NCBI GenBank assembly: GCA_025786725.1
Contig: JAHLTZ010000039.1
Span: forward strand, 62,001-126,000
Direction of reading: 5' to 3'
Source: Syncephalis fuscata S228
Taxonomy: Eukaryota > Fungi > Zoopagomycota
Length of the DNA stretch: 64,000 nt
Shown: positions 39,086 to 51,452 of the stretch, one piece after another
Position numbering within the stretch: position 1 is the first letter of the stretch
How the letters are laid out: each line of letters begins with the position of its first letter
Notes under the pieces: generated by a model
Seen by the model: only the letters and a program-made list of their open reading frames with translations
The model's database searches: none
Told to the model about the DNA's origin: nothing
Position numbers and translations under genes: made by a program

Positions 39086-40305
39086 ATGTTTACGCGCAAA
39101 TTGCTTAGTTATGCTGTGGCTGTATTGCTTGCTGTTTCCTTTGGCCTAACAGATGCAACGGCTGTGGTTCGTACAGATAAAGGTAACACAAAAAAGACAA
39201 CCACTAAACAAGCCATTGCTATATCAGCATAATATATTAATTCAATGGTATTAGCGCCAGCGCAATCATCTGAAGCAAGCAATTTGGTATGCAGTAAAGA
39301 TTTTAAGTTCGGCGAATCAAGCTGCAGTGGCAATGCTAAATGGAATGGACAAAACGTTTATGTTAAATGTACAAAAGATGCAAAATACGGAACAGCAGAA
39401 ATGGAAATGAATGAGGTAATATTACATAAGATAGTAGTAGCTATGGATGTTAATAAAAGAGTTTTAATAGAGAATACGTAAAAAGGAGCATGAATGGAAT
39501 TATCGCGAATTTGTTGGCAAGCACAACATTCAACGTCCAGTCTACGTAGACAAAATAGATGATGCCTGGTGTTTTTTGTACCCACGTATTAATACAACAC
39601 CGTTGGAAAAATATCTTAGTTCGCTCACCTGGAAAGAGATGATTGCGTATGGCCCCAAAGTACTTCACCAAACGATTGAAGGCAAGTATTGGCTGTGATG
39701 GAAATAAAACAATTTACTAACGAATATGTTTTATTAGGATTATCTTATCTAAATCGTGCAGGTATTGAACACTACGGCTTATATTCAAATAGTAAGTTTA
39801 TCGCAACTATTAATACAATTAAATTAATGTAGAGCTAGGTATTATGATTACTTATAAAACAAAATCACCGGAACCAACTGTCATTATCGGCGATTATGGC
39901 ATGACAAGACTATTTCCAAATACTGTACCTGGCGCCGTAGGCAAGCGTCAAACCTATCAAGTTGGTAGTGCATTTTACAGTGAGCTTGCATATGGGCTTA
40001 TAGAAAATAATCCGAATATTAAACGAAATAGCATTGAGGCGTGTTTTGCCAATATTAAAGCAGCAGTGTGTGGACGACCCGTCAAGCCACCATTGCGTAA
40101 GCCTGTCTCCGAGCTATTGAAATTTTGGCAACAAATATATCCAGAGACCAAGAATGTCTTTTCACGCCAAAAAATAAAACCATTTTTGCGTGATGTCTTT
40201 CGACTCATCCCAGACGATACAAATCTTGGTCTTACACCCGACCAGTTCCTTGCTCGTTCAGACAAGCCACTACCAGCACAGTACGCAATGTATATGTTTT
40301 TTTAG
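39086..40305 (+). CDS. Secreted protein-kinase-like protein (probable pseudokinase effector)
   Basis: Signal peptide MFTRKLLSYAVAVLLAVSFGLTDA, VYVKC (VAIK-like), WCFLYP, IEGLSYLNRAGIEHYGLYSN (catalytic loop without Asp) and VIIGDYG (DFG-like). Four introns, one GC-AG (donor at 39682). Confidence 0.8.
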
Positions 40306-40881
40306 TATCTTTACAATCTATAGACTTTAAGTAATAGCATGAATAAATAAATAATTAGTTGCTCATTAAATCATCGCACTATTATTAGCACCATCCTATT
40401 TTTACTCAAGCTGTGTAATCAATAGCCAATAACTAAACTAAACCAAAATAGACCCACGATAGACTGGCCTATTACGAAATGATTTGTTATTTAAACATAA
40501 CTGGGACTTTTTGACTATTTATGATGAGAATGTGCAGCGTGTACAACCTTCCATCGGCAAGTTTAGACTAAAACAGCGCCAGCAAATGTAAACAATACCC
40601 ATATCACTTTAGACCATAATTGTCCAATCATTTTAATATAAAAATAAGGTCTTACTAAGTTACAAACAATAAATTTACTTATACTCGTCTACGTAAATTA
40701 TCATTTAACCATCAGTTGGGTAAAGACCAGAACCATTCATTTTGCTTGCTTACCCCGCCTATCTTGCATATGAATATGGGAGAAATTGCATGGGCCTATC
40801 CATTTTTCCAAACACTTGCGACTGGACCATGAAAAATATAAACGTCATTTGCCCTTTACTTTTGACGCGTGATTCATGTAT

Positions 40882-40910
40882 CACACACACAGACAGACAC
40901 ACAGACACAG

Positions 40911-40941
<31 letters not shown>
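40882..40941 (+). repeat. Compound microsatellite (CA)n/(GACA)n/(GATA)n
   Basis: CACACACACAGACAGACACACAGACACAGATAGATAGATAGATAGATAAATAGATAGATA. Confidence 0.9.
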
Positions 40942-42810
40942 GCTCTATCCATTGTCATGTCAGCTTGTTTGCTAAAGGCAAGTCGTGCTAACATGCGTTC
41001 ACATATACACGATGGCCACCTTGCTTGTACGTCGTTGTCTGTGTTTGCATGTTCATTCAAGCTCCTTTGCGCTATTATTATTGCCAATATTCTAGAAGCA
41101 ATATTCGTGCCAGCTATTATGGCAATTAAACAATGCCGAGAATAGTAACTCATGCGTGTTCCTCACATTATACCTTCCGCATTCGTAATTCCTCTTATCG
41201 ATCGTAAATCCCGCCATCAGCAACATCTCCTTTTAATCTCCATATGCTTTTACACGTGAAATTCAATTTATAACCAACTGCACCACGTGACAGCTGCAGG
41301 AACAATGTTCTAAAACATCATTAGTAGTGCTAATGGTGTGATTGCTGATTATACTAATGATAATGATGTGATGGTGCTATTGATACAAACTTATGATATT
41401 ACAATAATTTAACACAAATAAATGGCCAGTATTGTTAACAGCATTTATTTAGATGAACATACTGTAACATTTTATAGTAATATAGGACAGCTAATATTCG
41501 CTGAGAAGGTACTTGGGCATTTGAACGGGGTTTTATTCTACTATACATGCCGTTTCGGACCTCTATGTTGTTATAGCGGCGTTTATTATTCCGCCGTCAT
41601 TGTTATACCCATAGCACCAATCAATGCTGCCATCGTCATTTTGAATCACGTTTTTTACTCGCTATTCACGTCATATATAGCACGTCTTTATTCAGTGTAA
41701 ATTATTTTTATGTCGTATAGATCAGCGCTAGTTTACAGCAACGCACATGACGATAATTAAAATTAATCTTGTTTATTCTACATTCTGCATCTTGTGACAT
41801 CCAGTTACGAATTCATACCAAATTGTCTATCGTGTGAAAATACTCATTCTATTGGAAGCACAATGGTTAGCCTTTTTGTCTAGAATAACCACGCTATCAT
41901 TGCATCATTTTGTTACCATAGTGGTGATTATTGCTTCTAATAGTACTGGCACTACTACGGTTGTTATCGATAGCGAACAATGGCGCGTTCCGATACGCCA
42001 GCATCCATTTTAAAGCAATGCGGTTTTTAATAAAAATGACGACGTTCCTTATCATTCCGCAGCACCACATAAAGAAGGCGAGACTGTTCTAAAACACAGA
42101 TATGACAGGTTTTGGATTGGATGAATTCGCACGAAAAACGACATTGCAATTGTATATGGATGTAGAAATGTGTGTCTATGAGGGTGCATTCGTCCCACGC
42201 TCACTTCCCACGCCTCATACAGACATTGTAATCATCTGTCTATCTGTGTGCCTAAAGGAGCAAGATCCTATCAGTTTATGCCATCACAGAACAAATTAAC
42301 GATGAGCACACACACACAAAAGTACACGCATGTGTGTCACGTTCATGGTGAACAATTCTCAGATAAGGCATCAAAAGGGAAGGGAGCAACTCTTGTTATA
42401 ATATAAAGTGTTTATCACGCTTACTCATGGTAAAAATGGAATTTGATTTCTAGGCCCGTTTCTCCTTCGATCTACTACTATATACACTACCAGTGTCTGT
42501 AACGCTTGGTTATACTTTTATCTCGCTGCTACAGCACTACTGTTTAACATTGACATAGTGGCTATTCTATTATTACCACTGCTATTTCTAGTATTATTAT
42601 TATTATATTACACTATTGATGACAATCATATCGATCTAGTAAAGCTTTTATCCCACACTAAACCACGTGCCCTTTTCTCTTATCAGAGTTGTATCTTGTT
42701 TTGACCGTTGCTTGTTTTATCGGCCAATATCTCTTTTTCTTTTTCTTTTATTCTGCTACTATTTGTTCAATACGAACAGCGTGTTATTTGCGTGGCCAAC
42801 TATCGAGTAT

Positions 42811-45414
42811 ATGAATAGCACAGCCACAGCAATACGGCATCGCTTTAATTCGGATATGACTGTCATGAATACACAATATAGCGGTGGTCGGTCAGAGGAC
42901 AATAGCGGTGATAAAGACTTTTACACGGAAACGGACTGTCAAGTACGTACGGCAAAACGGGTACGTCTTTTCCCGCCACCACTCCGTGAAGCCTCTCCTG
43001 GCACGGCCGGTTTATCCGACTGTGAAAGCCATGGAAGTGCGGCAAGTCTACGTTCACTACTTGACGCGGTCGAGTTTGAACACCAACGCTTATCTTCAGC
43101 ATCTCCACCAACGATGGATAGTGGCGGTATGAGCGGTGTCGATAGCGACTGGTCGGCCCTTCCCTCGCCTGTACAATCTCACAGTCACACCAGCATGTCA
43201 ATTGCCTCGTTGATTCATCGAGAAGAGGGGAAAACAGCTAAAACATCTACCTCGACCCATTGTGAACAACAACAACATTATCACACTGCCAGTAAGGATG
43301 AAAGCGATAGCGATGAGGCCAGTCTTATGGATCGATTACCAGCTGGGTGGACCTGTACTAAACCAATGCTTGAAATGGACCCACTCCACCGCCACTACCC
43401 CGTTGTACAACAGCATGAAAAGCCATATCAAGCTCAAATAGCATCGAATCAAATATCATCAACACTCAGTTGCGAACAGCCATCACTACATAGATTCAGC
43501 GCTGAAGCATCTGCACTAATGGTTCGTGAATCTATTAAACAGATGTTAATGACTAGTAGTAATAATATAGCATCAGCAACCAATTCTAATAGTAGCAATA
43601 ATGGCAGTATTAGTACATCCTCATCGTTATCAAATACCACGGGTACAGCTGTTATGACACGAGTTACTTGCTGGCATGCAGCAGTGGCCCAGAAATCATA
43701 TGGCAATGAAAAACGGTTTTTATGTCCGCCGCCAGTAGTACGGGTTCTACGCAAATTCATTGGCACAAATGACGGCTCATTAGCAACAAAGGAGCCCAGC
43801 AGTGTGAACTACGGCTTTTATGGTCCACCTACAGTGGTCGATAAGCCACAACTCAGTATGACCGTTATGTGCGAGAGTGCATCGCGCGATTTGGTACAAA
43901 AGTCTTTATTAGATGAGAATCATATGGGCAGCTTTAAATATTTACATGTAGCCGGTACAGAAAAAGCAAAACAATTTTATTTAAAATTGAAGGTAATTAA
44001 TTTTCATAACACAACTAATTTATCATTAATACTAATTAATATTACTATTACTACCCTTTAGCTTCATGGACGTAATTCGGTGCCTTTTGCCACCTTTGAT
44101 TCTAGCCCTATCTCTATTATTTCAAAACCATCAAAAAAGACCGTTAAAGCACGCAATATATCGAGTAAGTTGGTAATACTAAGCCTTAATGGCTCATCAA
44201 CCATCACTTTATTAATGTAATATGAATTGATCATTAGCTTGTATATTCGACGGTAGCAGCGTATCACTATTTAGTCGTATTAATTCACAAACCGTACGTA
44301 CACGCTATCTTGATACGGAAGATGGTCAGTTATGCGCCAAGAACTCAGGTTGGTCGGCCTTTACCATTGAAATAGTACGCGATGGCACCACACCTATTGC
44401 ACCTTCCTACGCCGGCATGGCTGCTGCTGCGTCGGCCGCTGCTGCTCGTCTAGGCGCTATTCCCATTACTTATGGCTCGCATATTGTACTTACCGATAAG
44501 TCGACAGGCACTAGCACCGGCCCACTAGTTATACGCAAGGTAGAACGCGGTCAAGTGGTCGAAGACGCATGCGGCCCTGTAAGCCAGATGCAAAAGATTG
44601 CTTTGGAGAAAATCAATGACGCTGCACCCACATCCGATTCAGCCACTTCGGCTATTTATTTGTGTGCCGGTTACGACGCCAATGTTGTTGCCACTTCTGA
44701 TTTGGTCGAATTAAACCAGAAAATGGAAGTGAAATCAAGTCCATTTTTATCGTTTGGCCGTCCACGTTTCACGCCTGAATCACCGGATGCTTGGGTCGAT
44801 GATCATCTTTGCTGGACAATCGTTGGTTTAGGTAAGCAATTTTATTTATTTATGTAATAGCTTATTAATTAGCATTTTATTTATTACTATTTTATAGCCA
44901 AATTTGAATATATCTTCTGTGAACGAACAATTGCCCCAAGCGACGATCCTATTTCACCCTGTCCAGAACTTGTTGGTGAACCGACCGTTGATCTTGAATC
45001 TCATCCACCTCGACTCTATTTGCCGGTTAATAACTGGTATGCTCATGTTCAGCATCGATTACAGCCACCGCGCGAATTATGGCTAGGCCAATTGGGTCCA
45101 TTGGCTACACAAGCAGTACATCCCAGCCATTATTCGCAGTATCACCGACAAGAAACACCATCCGATCTTACACTGTTGAAGTGATTCTACCTGATCCGTC
45201 AGCCTTGTTGATGGAAAAGAAGAAAGAAGGCGGAGGTGATATAGTAACAAGTGGTAGTGGTACTGATTCAAGCGTACAACACCGCTACCTAGCGGCACCT
45301 TTGTATATTGTACGAGAAGATGATGTTATTTATCAACTTGTAGGCCAATCCAACGATATCCATATTAGTCAAGACAGTGACCACTTGGCATGTCGTGTGG
45401 TGCCTTCTCAATAG
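42811..45414 (+). CDS. cbf11: CSL (RBP-J/Su(H)/LAG-1) transcription factor, fungal Cbf11-like
   Basis: CWHAAVAQKSYGNEKRFLCPPP (LAG1 DNA-binding domain), FKYLHV, ISIISKPSKKT, beta-trefoil VSLFSRINSQTVRTRYL, GPVSQMQKIAL, WTIVG and C-terminal PLYIVREDDVIY. Long low-complexity N-terminus. Apparent -1 frameshift at ~45175. Confidence 0.92.
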
Positions 45415-45817
45415 TAGAAATGACTAATTAGTTAATTAATTAATTATAAGAGCAAATTATTCATTATTAGCATAGAACAATAAAATCAGTAATAGCTAAA
45501 TAACAAATACCAATAATCAGTGTAAATTTGTACTTATTATTCAATCAACAAACAAAAGTATTTTTATATCATATTATCATATATTTATTGTGTTGTTAAT
45601 TAGGAAAATTTTAGAAAATACACCGTTTTTATCTTAATCACAAAAATACTTTTTTAAAAATTTCTTTTTTCTATTTTTTATAAAATTAATACACCGTTTT
45701 TCAGTTTTATTTAGTAAAATACATTGTTTTTAAATTTTACCATAATAAATTTAATAAATAAAAATAAATCATTTTTTTAATTTTATTAATTTTATTAAAT
45801 AAATAAAATCTATCGTA

Positions 45818-47189
45818 ATGTCTACTAAACTATTTAAAAAAGCTATATTTAACAGTATTAAAAAACTGAGAGCCGCTATTGACAAGTTTAAGCTTGTTAA
45901 CAGTTGCAATTTTAATAGAAAAATAGTGATTCAACAAGATTACAACTTATTTGTCCTCATGAAGACCGTTCCAGCAACAAATGCCAGTTTGTTTTAACTG
46001 CCAAAAAGCGGAAAATCGGCTTATTAAAAATTGTTTAATGCAATATTAAACATTTTAATGGTTTTTATATGATTCTGGTAATGATACTATTAAATCTATT
46101 ATTAAATATATTACAAGTGGTGTCGCTATATTCTCAAATGTAAAATCAACAGATGTACGAATAAAAGTATCAAATTATGTACACATTTAATTATTTAATA
46201 TACAATAACAATTGCAATAGCTTAATAGATGCTATTATTTCTTACTACAAAGCTTGTTCTGCTCTTAATTTAATGGAAAAGAATAATATTAACAGCAATA
46301 TTAATTCTTTTTCATTTATTAAATATTACTTTATCAAATTTGAACATTTTAATCCGGATTCTGTTCAGCACTTCTTGCAAAACCAGTCTGGTAATTTTGA
46401 AAATGCATTTTTATGTCATTTATCATTTATTAAAGCTTGCCAGTATACCCGTAAAGTACTGGTAATTGATGGTTGCCATTTAAGGTTTTCTTATGGCGGT
46501 GTTGCTGTTGCTGCGTTGTTAAAGATGGAAATAATAATATTTTACCTTTGGTTGTTGCTATAGTATTTCATAAAAATGAAAACAACTGGGTCTATTTCCT
46601 TAAACGTTTAGCAGATTCAGTACTGAATTAAGTATTCACAAGCTCAAGGATTGTTAACTAATAATAGCTATTTTTTGTATAAATCAACATTAACTGACAT
46701 CAATAACTATATAGTTGATGATTATTCTGATACCAAATTTCAAATTAAAACTACTAATTTTGAAGAATTGTGGTTTTTTATTAAATGAGTTTATTAATAA
46801 ATCTTACACCATTGATTATTCAAACAAATTATATGCTCCAGAAATTTGCCTGGTTGAAATAGAGTCAATTACTGCGATATTTTGTGTTTGCCACCGAAAA
46901 TAACGAAGAAAACCGGTAGACCGAGAGTTAAAAGAATTAGATGTTATAGTAAAGCTTTGCAGACCACCAACGATATACTTGTCGCAACTGTAGCTCAAAA
47001 GGACACAATACAAGAACATGCGCTGTAAACACTAGCATGAATAACATTGAAACAAACATCTTTATTGAAAAGCAAATACAAACTACTAATGAAACAGCTA
47101 TAAAGAAAAGAGAGCGTGTTATTAAAAAATGTTTAATTTGTGGTAAACGTCATTACAAGAAAACAAAGTGTGGAGCAAACAAAAAATAA
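45818..47189 (+). pseudogene. MULE transposase relic, copy 1
   Basis: KVLVIDGCHL..YGG (MULE DDE domain start), PPKITKKTGRPRVKRIR and CCHC knuckle CRNCSSKGHNTRTC; broken by stops, frameshifts and an internal deletion. Confidence 0.88.
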
Positions 47190-47593
47190 TTTTATTAATA
47201 AATAGTTTTAATCAATTTTAAAAAAGAAAAATTTATTATAGTGAAATTAAAAAACAGTGTATTTCTTAATTTCCTTAAATTAAAAGTTATATTTTTAAAA
47301 GCACAGTTACTATGCATTGGATATTCAGTTAGATATTAAACTATATTTCAGTTATTTGTTTCAAATATACAGTATCAAAATACTATTTAAAAATTGTTTA
47401 TTGCTTTTTTATTCATAAACTGAAATGTTACAACATAATGTATCTCTACTATTTCGATATTATGAACGGAATTTTATGAAAATGCGACTATGAAATATGC
47501 CGTATGATTGGATAACTAGTTAAAGTCGCATGTGATTGATCAAAATGATAATATACATATTGGATATTAGCACTGATTAATAGTAACAAATGT

Positions 47594-47972
47594 CTATTAA
47601 GAAGATATGAAGAGTAGCTACTTGTTGGTTGTAAACATATAAGCGGCTATATAAGCTGATGTTCTGCATTAATGATATATAGTAAAAAGCATTTAAATAC
47701 TAATATTAAATAAATTTATTATAAAATAATGGTTTTATTCAATACTAATAAGGAAATCAGTCGTTTCCAGTTCATCTTGTTTTTACTTCTTGTGATGCGT
47801 TATTAAATTTATTATAGTTAAACTGTGCTGGTTGATGGCCAATAAAAAATAAGTTTATTGGCAAAGTAATACTAATCAATCAGCACATTGTATTTTAAAC
47901 ATTGTAATAAATGTTAGCACACATCAAAGGCTAGTACTATAGGGTAGCGCCGAAATCATGTGTTGCTTGGCC
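47594..47972 (+). repeat. ~380-bp diverged direct repeat, copy 1 (copy 2 at 49945-50322), flanking the palindrome
   Basis: Shared anchors CTATTAAGAAGATATGA, AACTGTG..ATGGCCAATAAA, ATAAATGTTAGCA and ATGTGTTGCTTGG(C/T)CA. Confidence 0.8.
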
Positions 47973-48020
47973 ATCTAAGTTGTAAATTTTTTAATCATAA
48001 TTGCAAAATTATGGCAAATG

Positions 48021-49598
48021 CAATAGAATGCAAATTAAAAAGTAATAGCCATTTAATAACAAAGAAATGGCAATACTATGTATAACTTTACATACGATTG
48101 ATTAAATTGCATAATATTTTGCACAGATGTGCGTATAGCATATAAGTAGCTATCGGTAAAGTATACCGTTATTGTATTACGTAATGGTATAATAATTATG
48201 ATAATACGTTAATAAATGTGTAGAAATAGCAGTTTTTTACGGATTATGATTTATATAAGTAAAATACAGCAAAATAATTGGCAGATTCGAGTTCTCCATG
48301 CTTAGTTATATCGATTGGTATGATTTACAAAGCAATGATTTTTACAAAAAATGTTAGTCAAAAATGCGATTTATGTATTTTTAATTCACTTAGTAAAACA
48401 TTGATAAAATCACGTATAACCTTACGTATAGTGAATCAAATTGTATGATATTTTGCACAGATGTACGTATAGCATATAGGTAACTACTGGTAAAGTATAC
48501 CGTTATTGTATTGCGTAATGGTATAGTAATTATGATAATACGTTAATAAATATGCAAAATAACAGTTTTATGCCATTCATAACTTGTATAAGTAAAATAC
48601 AACAAAATTATTAGCAGATTCGAGTTCTCCGTGCTTAGTTATACATATTGACATAAGATTTAGAACAGTGATTTTTGCAAAAAATGTCAACCAAAAATGC
48701 AATTTACATAAATATTTGTTAACAAAAATTTAAGCTATATGTATATCTATGACATAGATTGTCACTGTATATTAGTATATCTGGATATTAACTTGCTATT
48801 GTGCTTGTTTTTCGTTATAAAGTGTTTTGGACTTTCGTTATGCCAAATTTCATCTTTAATATTAAATTTTAAGCATAAAACTTTAATTGCTTTTTGTTAA
48901 CAAATATTTATGTAAATTGCATTTTTGGTTGACATTTTTTGCAAAAATCACTGTTCTAAATCTTATGTCAATATGTATAACTAAGCACGGAGAACTCGAA
49001 TCTGCTAATAATTTTGTTGTATTTTACTTATACAAGTTATGAATGGCATAAAACTGTTATTTTGCATATTTATTAACGTATTATCATAATTACTATACCA
49101 TTACGCAATACAATAACGGTATACTTTACCAGTAGTTACCTATATGCTATACGTACATCTGTGCAAAATATCATACAATTTGATTCACTATACGTAAGGT
49201 TATACGTGATTTTATCAATGTTTTACTAAGTGAATTAAAAATACATAAATCGCATTTTTGACTAACATTTTTTGTAAAAATCATTGCTTTGTAAATCATA
49301 CCAATCGATATAACTAAGCATGGAGAACTCGAATCTGCCAATTATTTTGCTGTATTTTACTTATATAAATCATAATCCGTAAAAAACTGCTATTTCTACA
49401 CATTTATTAACGTATTATCATAATTATTATACCATTACGTAATACAATAACGGTATACTTTACCAGTAGTTACCTATATGCTATACGCACATCTGTGCAA
49501 AATATTATGCAATTTAATCAATCGTATGTAAAGTTATACATAGTATTGCCATTTCTTTGTTATTAAATAGCTATTACTTTTTAATTTGCATTCTATTG
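48021..49598. repeat. Long inverted repeat (foldback): 708-bp arms with a 162-bp spacer
   Basis: 48021-48728 is the reverse complement of 48891-49598, with few mismatches and no net indel (both end-coordinate sums are 97619). Each arm holds two diverged ~335-bp tandem units. Confidence 0.95.
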
Positions 49599-49944
49599 TG
49601 TTTGACCACCTAACTATACTTAAATAACCGCTTTAATACTGTTTCATTCTGCTGTAGCATTGATACAATAGCTGCACATTTAAATTTGTTAATTAGTGCC
49701 TTATCAGTATTTCAAGGTATTATAAACCGTAACAAGATATTTTTGCTACAATCATAGCTATTAAAAATAAAAATATTACATTTTAAAATTGCATTGTTTT
49801 TACCATCTCAATATCATGATTATGCTGTTATGATAGCATGTTAAATAAATACATCATATGTTAGAACTACACGCTACATTAAAACGAGTACAATAATGTT
49901 ATATATATATATAAGTATTAGCAATAACTACCAACAATAAACAC

Positions 49945-50322
49945 CTATTAAGAAGATATGAGAGCAAGCATTTATTAGTTGTGAACATATGGGTAATTGT
50001 ATAAACTGATACGCCGCCTTAATTATGAAATACTACAAGGCATTCAAGTTCTGTTATTAGCCATCTTTACTATTTAATGACATCTTTATTCATGTCAATA
50101 AAGTATACTAGTTTCTAGCCCTATCTTATTTTTACTTGATATCATATAAGTTATTCAGTCTACTATAGCTAAACTGTGGTGATTAATGGCCAATAAAGAA
50201 TAGGTTTATTATCAAATCAATACAACTAATCAACATATTGTATTATGTGCACTAAGATAAATGTTAGCAAGCATTATAAATTAACATTATAGGATAACGC
50301 CAGGATAATGTGTTGCTTGGTC
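49945..50322 (+). repeat. ~380-bp diverged direct repeat, copy 2
   Basis: Colinear with 47594-47972. Confidence 0.8.
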
Positions 50323-50385
50323 AAGTTGCGGTTTTAAATTAGAAATGCAACAATACAGTGCTTGAGCGAATTGCGTTTTTGATTA

Positions 50386-50932
50386 TCCTATTTTGAGTCC
50401 CCAAAGCAAAATTTGTTCCAACTAAAGTTATGCTGTTGTTATGCACAACATAATTATATGGTTTTGTATTAAAATATTATTAATAAATTGATTTAATTAA
50501 ATAATGTAACATACCATTTAATTTCTTTGAAACGTTTAAGGTCGATCATTGTTGCTGTTGGCCATGTGTAAAAAAATTGATTGAATATTAATAGAAATCA
50601 TATAATTGATTCCATGTTATTTGTATTTGTTGTTGCATCTAAATGATTTCTTTTATTTTCTATTATTCTACTATTGTATTCTCGGCATATTTGCGATGTA
50701 AAATCAATATTAATATAATTATTATAAAGTTGTTTATTAAACAGCCACTTTTTCTATAATCAATTTGACTAAATAAAGAACAATATATATATTAAAGCAA
50801 TAATAAAGACAACCAATTAATTACATTATTTTATTGATAATTACACATGAATTAATTAACTTTGGTCGTAATATTATACATGGAATAGTAATAAGTGAAT
50901 AACGGATGAATATTTAATTATATCTAAAAGTA
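50386..50932 (+). repeat. Dispersed non-coding repeat, copy 2 (copy 1 at ~10329-10805)
   Basis: Colinear similarity to 10329-10805 with an internal insertion. Confidence 0.8.
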
Positions 50933-51452
50933 TCAAGAAAAAGGAAGTAGAATGTGCAAATAAAAAAGAAAATAATAAAAAGGCGTTGGGCCCGTTTGTT
51001 TATTAACTGGACGAGTTGACAGATCAAAGTGAAATAGTAATTACTGTAGCAAGGACATGGAACGATCAAGACTATAAGGCAGATGACGTCCAGTAAATCA
51101 CCATTCTCTACTTTTCAAAATCTAATAGCTCAATAACATAATCGCTACCTATTAGTAAAATGACGCAATCCTAAATATAGTGACTGCGCATTGTGATAAA
51201 CCAGCGATTTTAATAAAATATTCTTTTTCCTCCCCTCCTATCCAGTGACAGAATTGATAGAGATCGCTGTAAACCTTTTTCTTTGCCAAGTCGCGTTTCG
51301 TCACGCACGGCTTTTTCTCTTTTTGTTTCTCGTCTCATTCACCTTCGCACGCTGTCAACTTCTGTCACCTCACCTCATCCTCGCTCCTGTTAGTCTCTTC
51401 AATTTTGCTAGTATAATTGGTACTGTTGGCATCTTGCTATTAATTCTGCACA

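Noticed and set aside
41200-42700. CACGTG boxes and a CGTGTGAA CSL-like site (~41831) upstream of the CSL gene, suggesting autoregulation
   Set aside because: Short motifs like these are expected by chance, and no conservation data are available.
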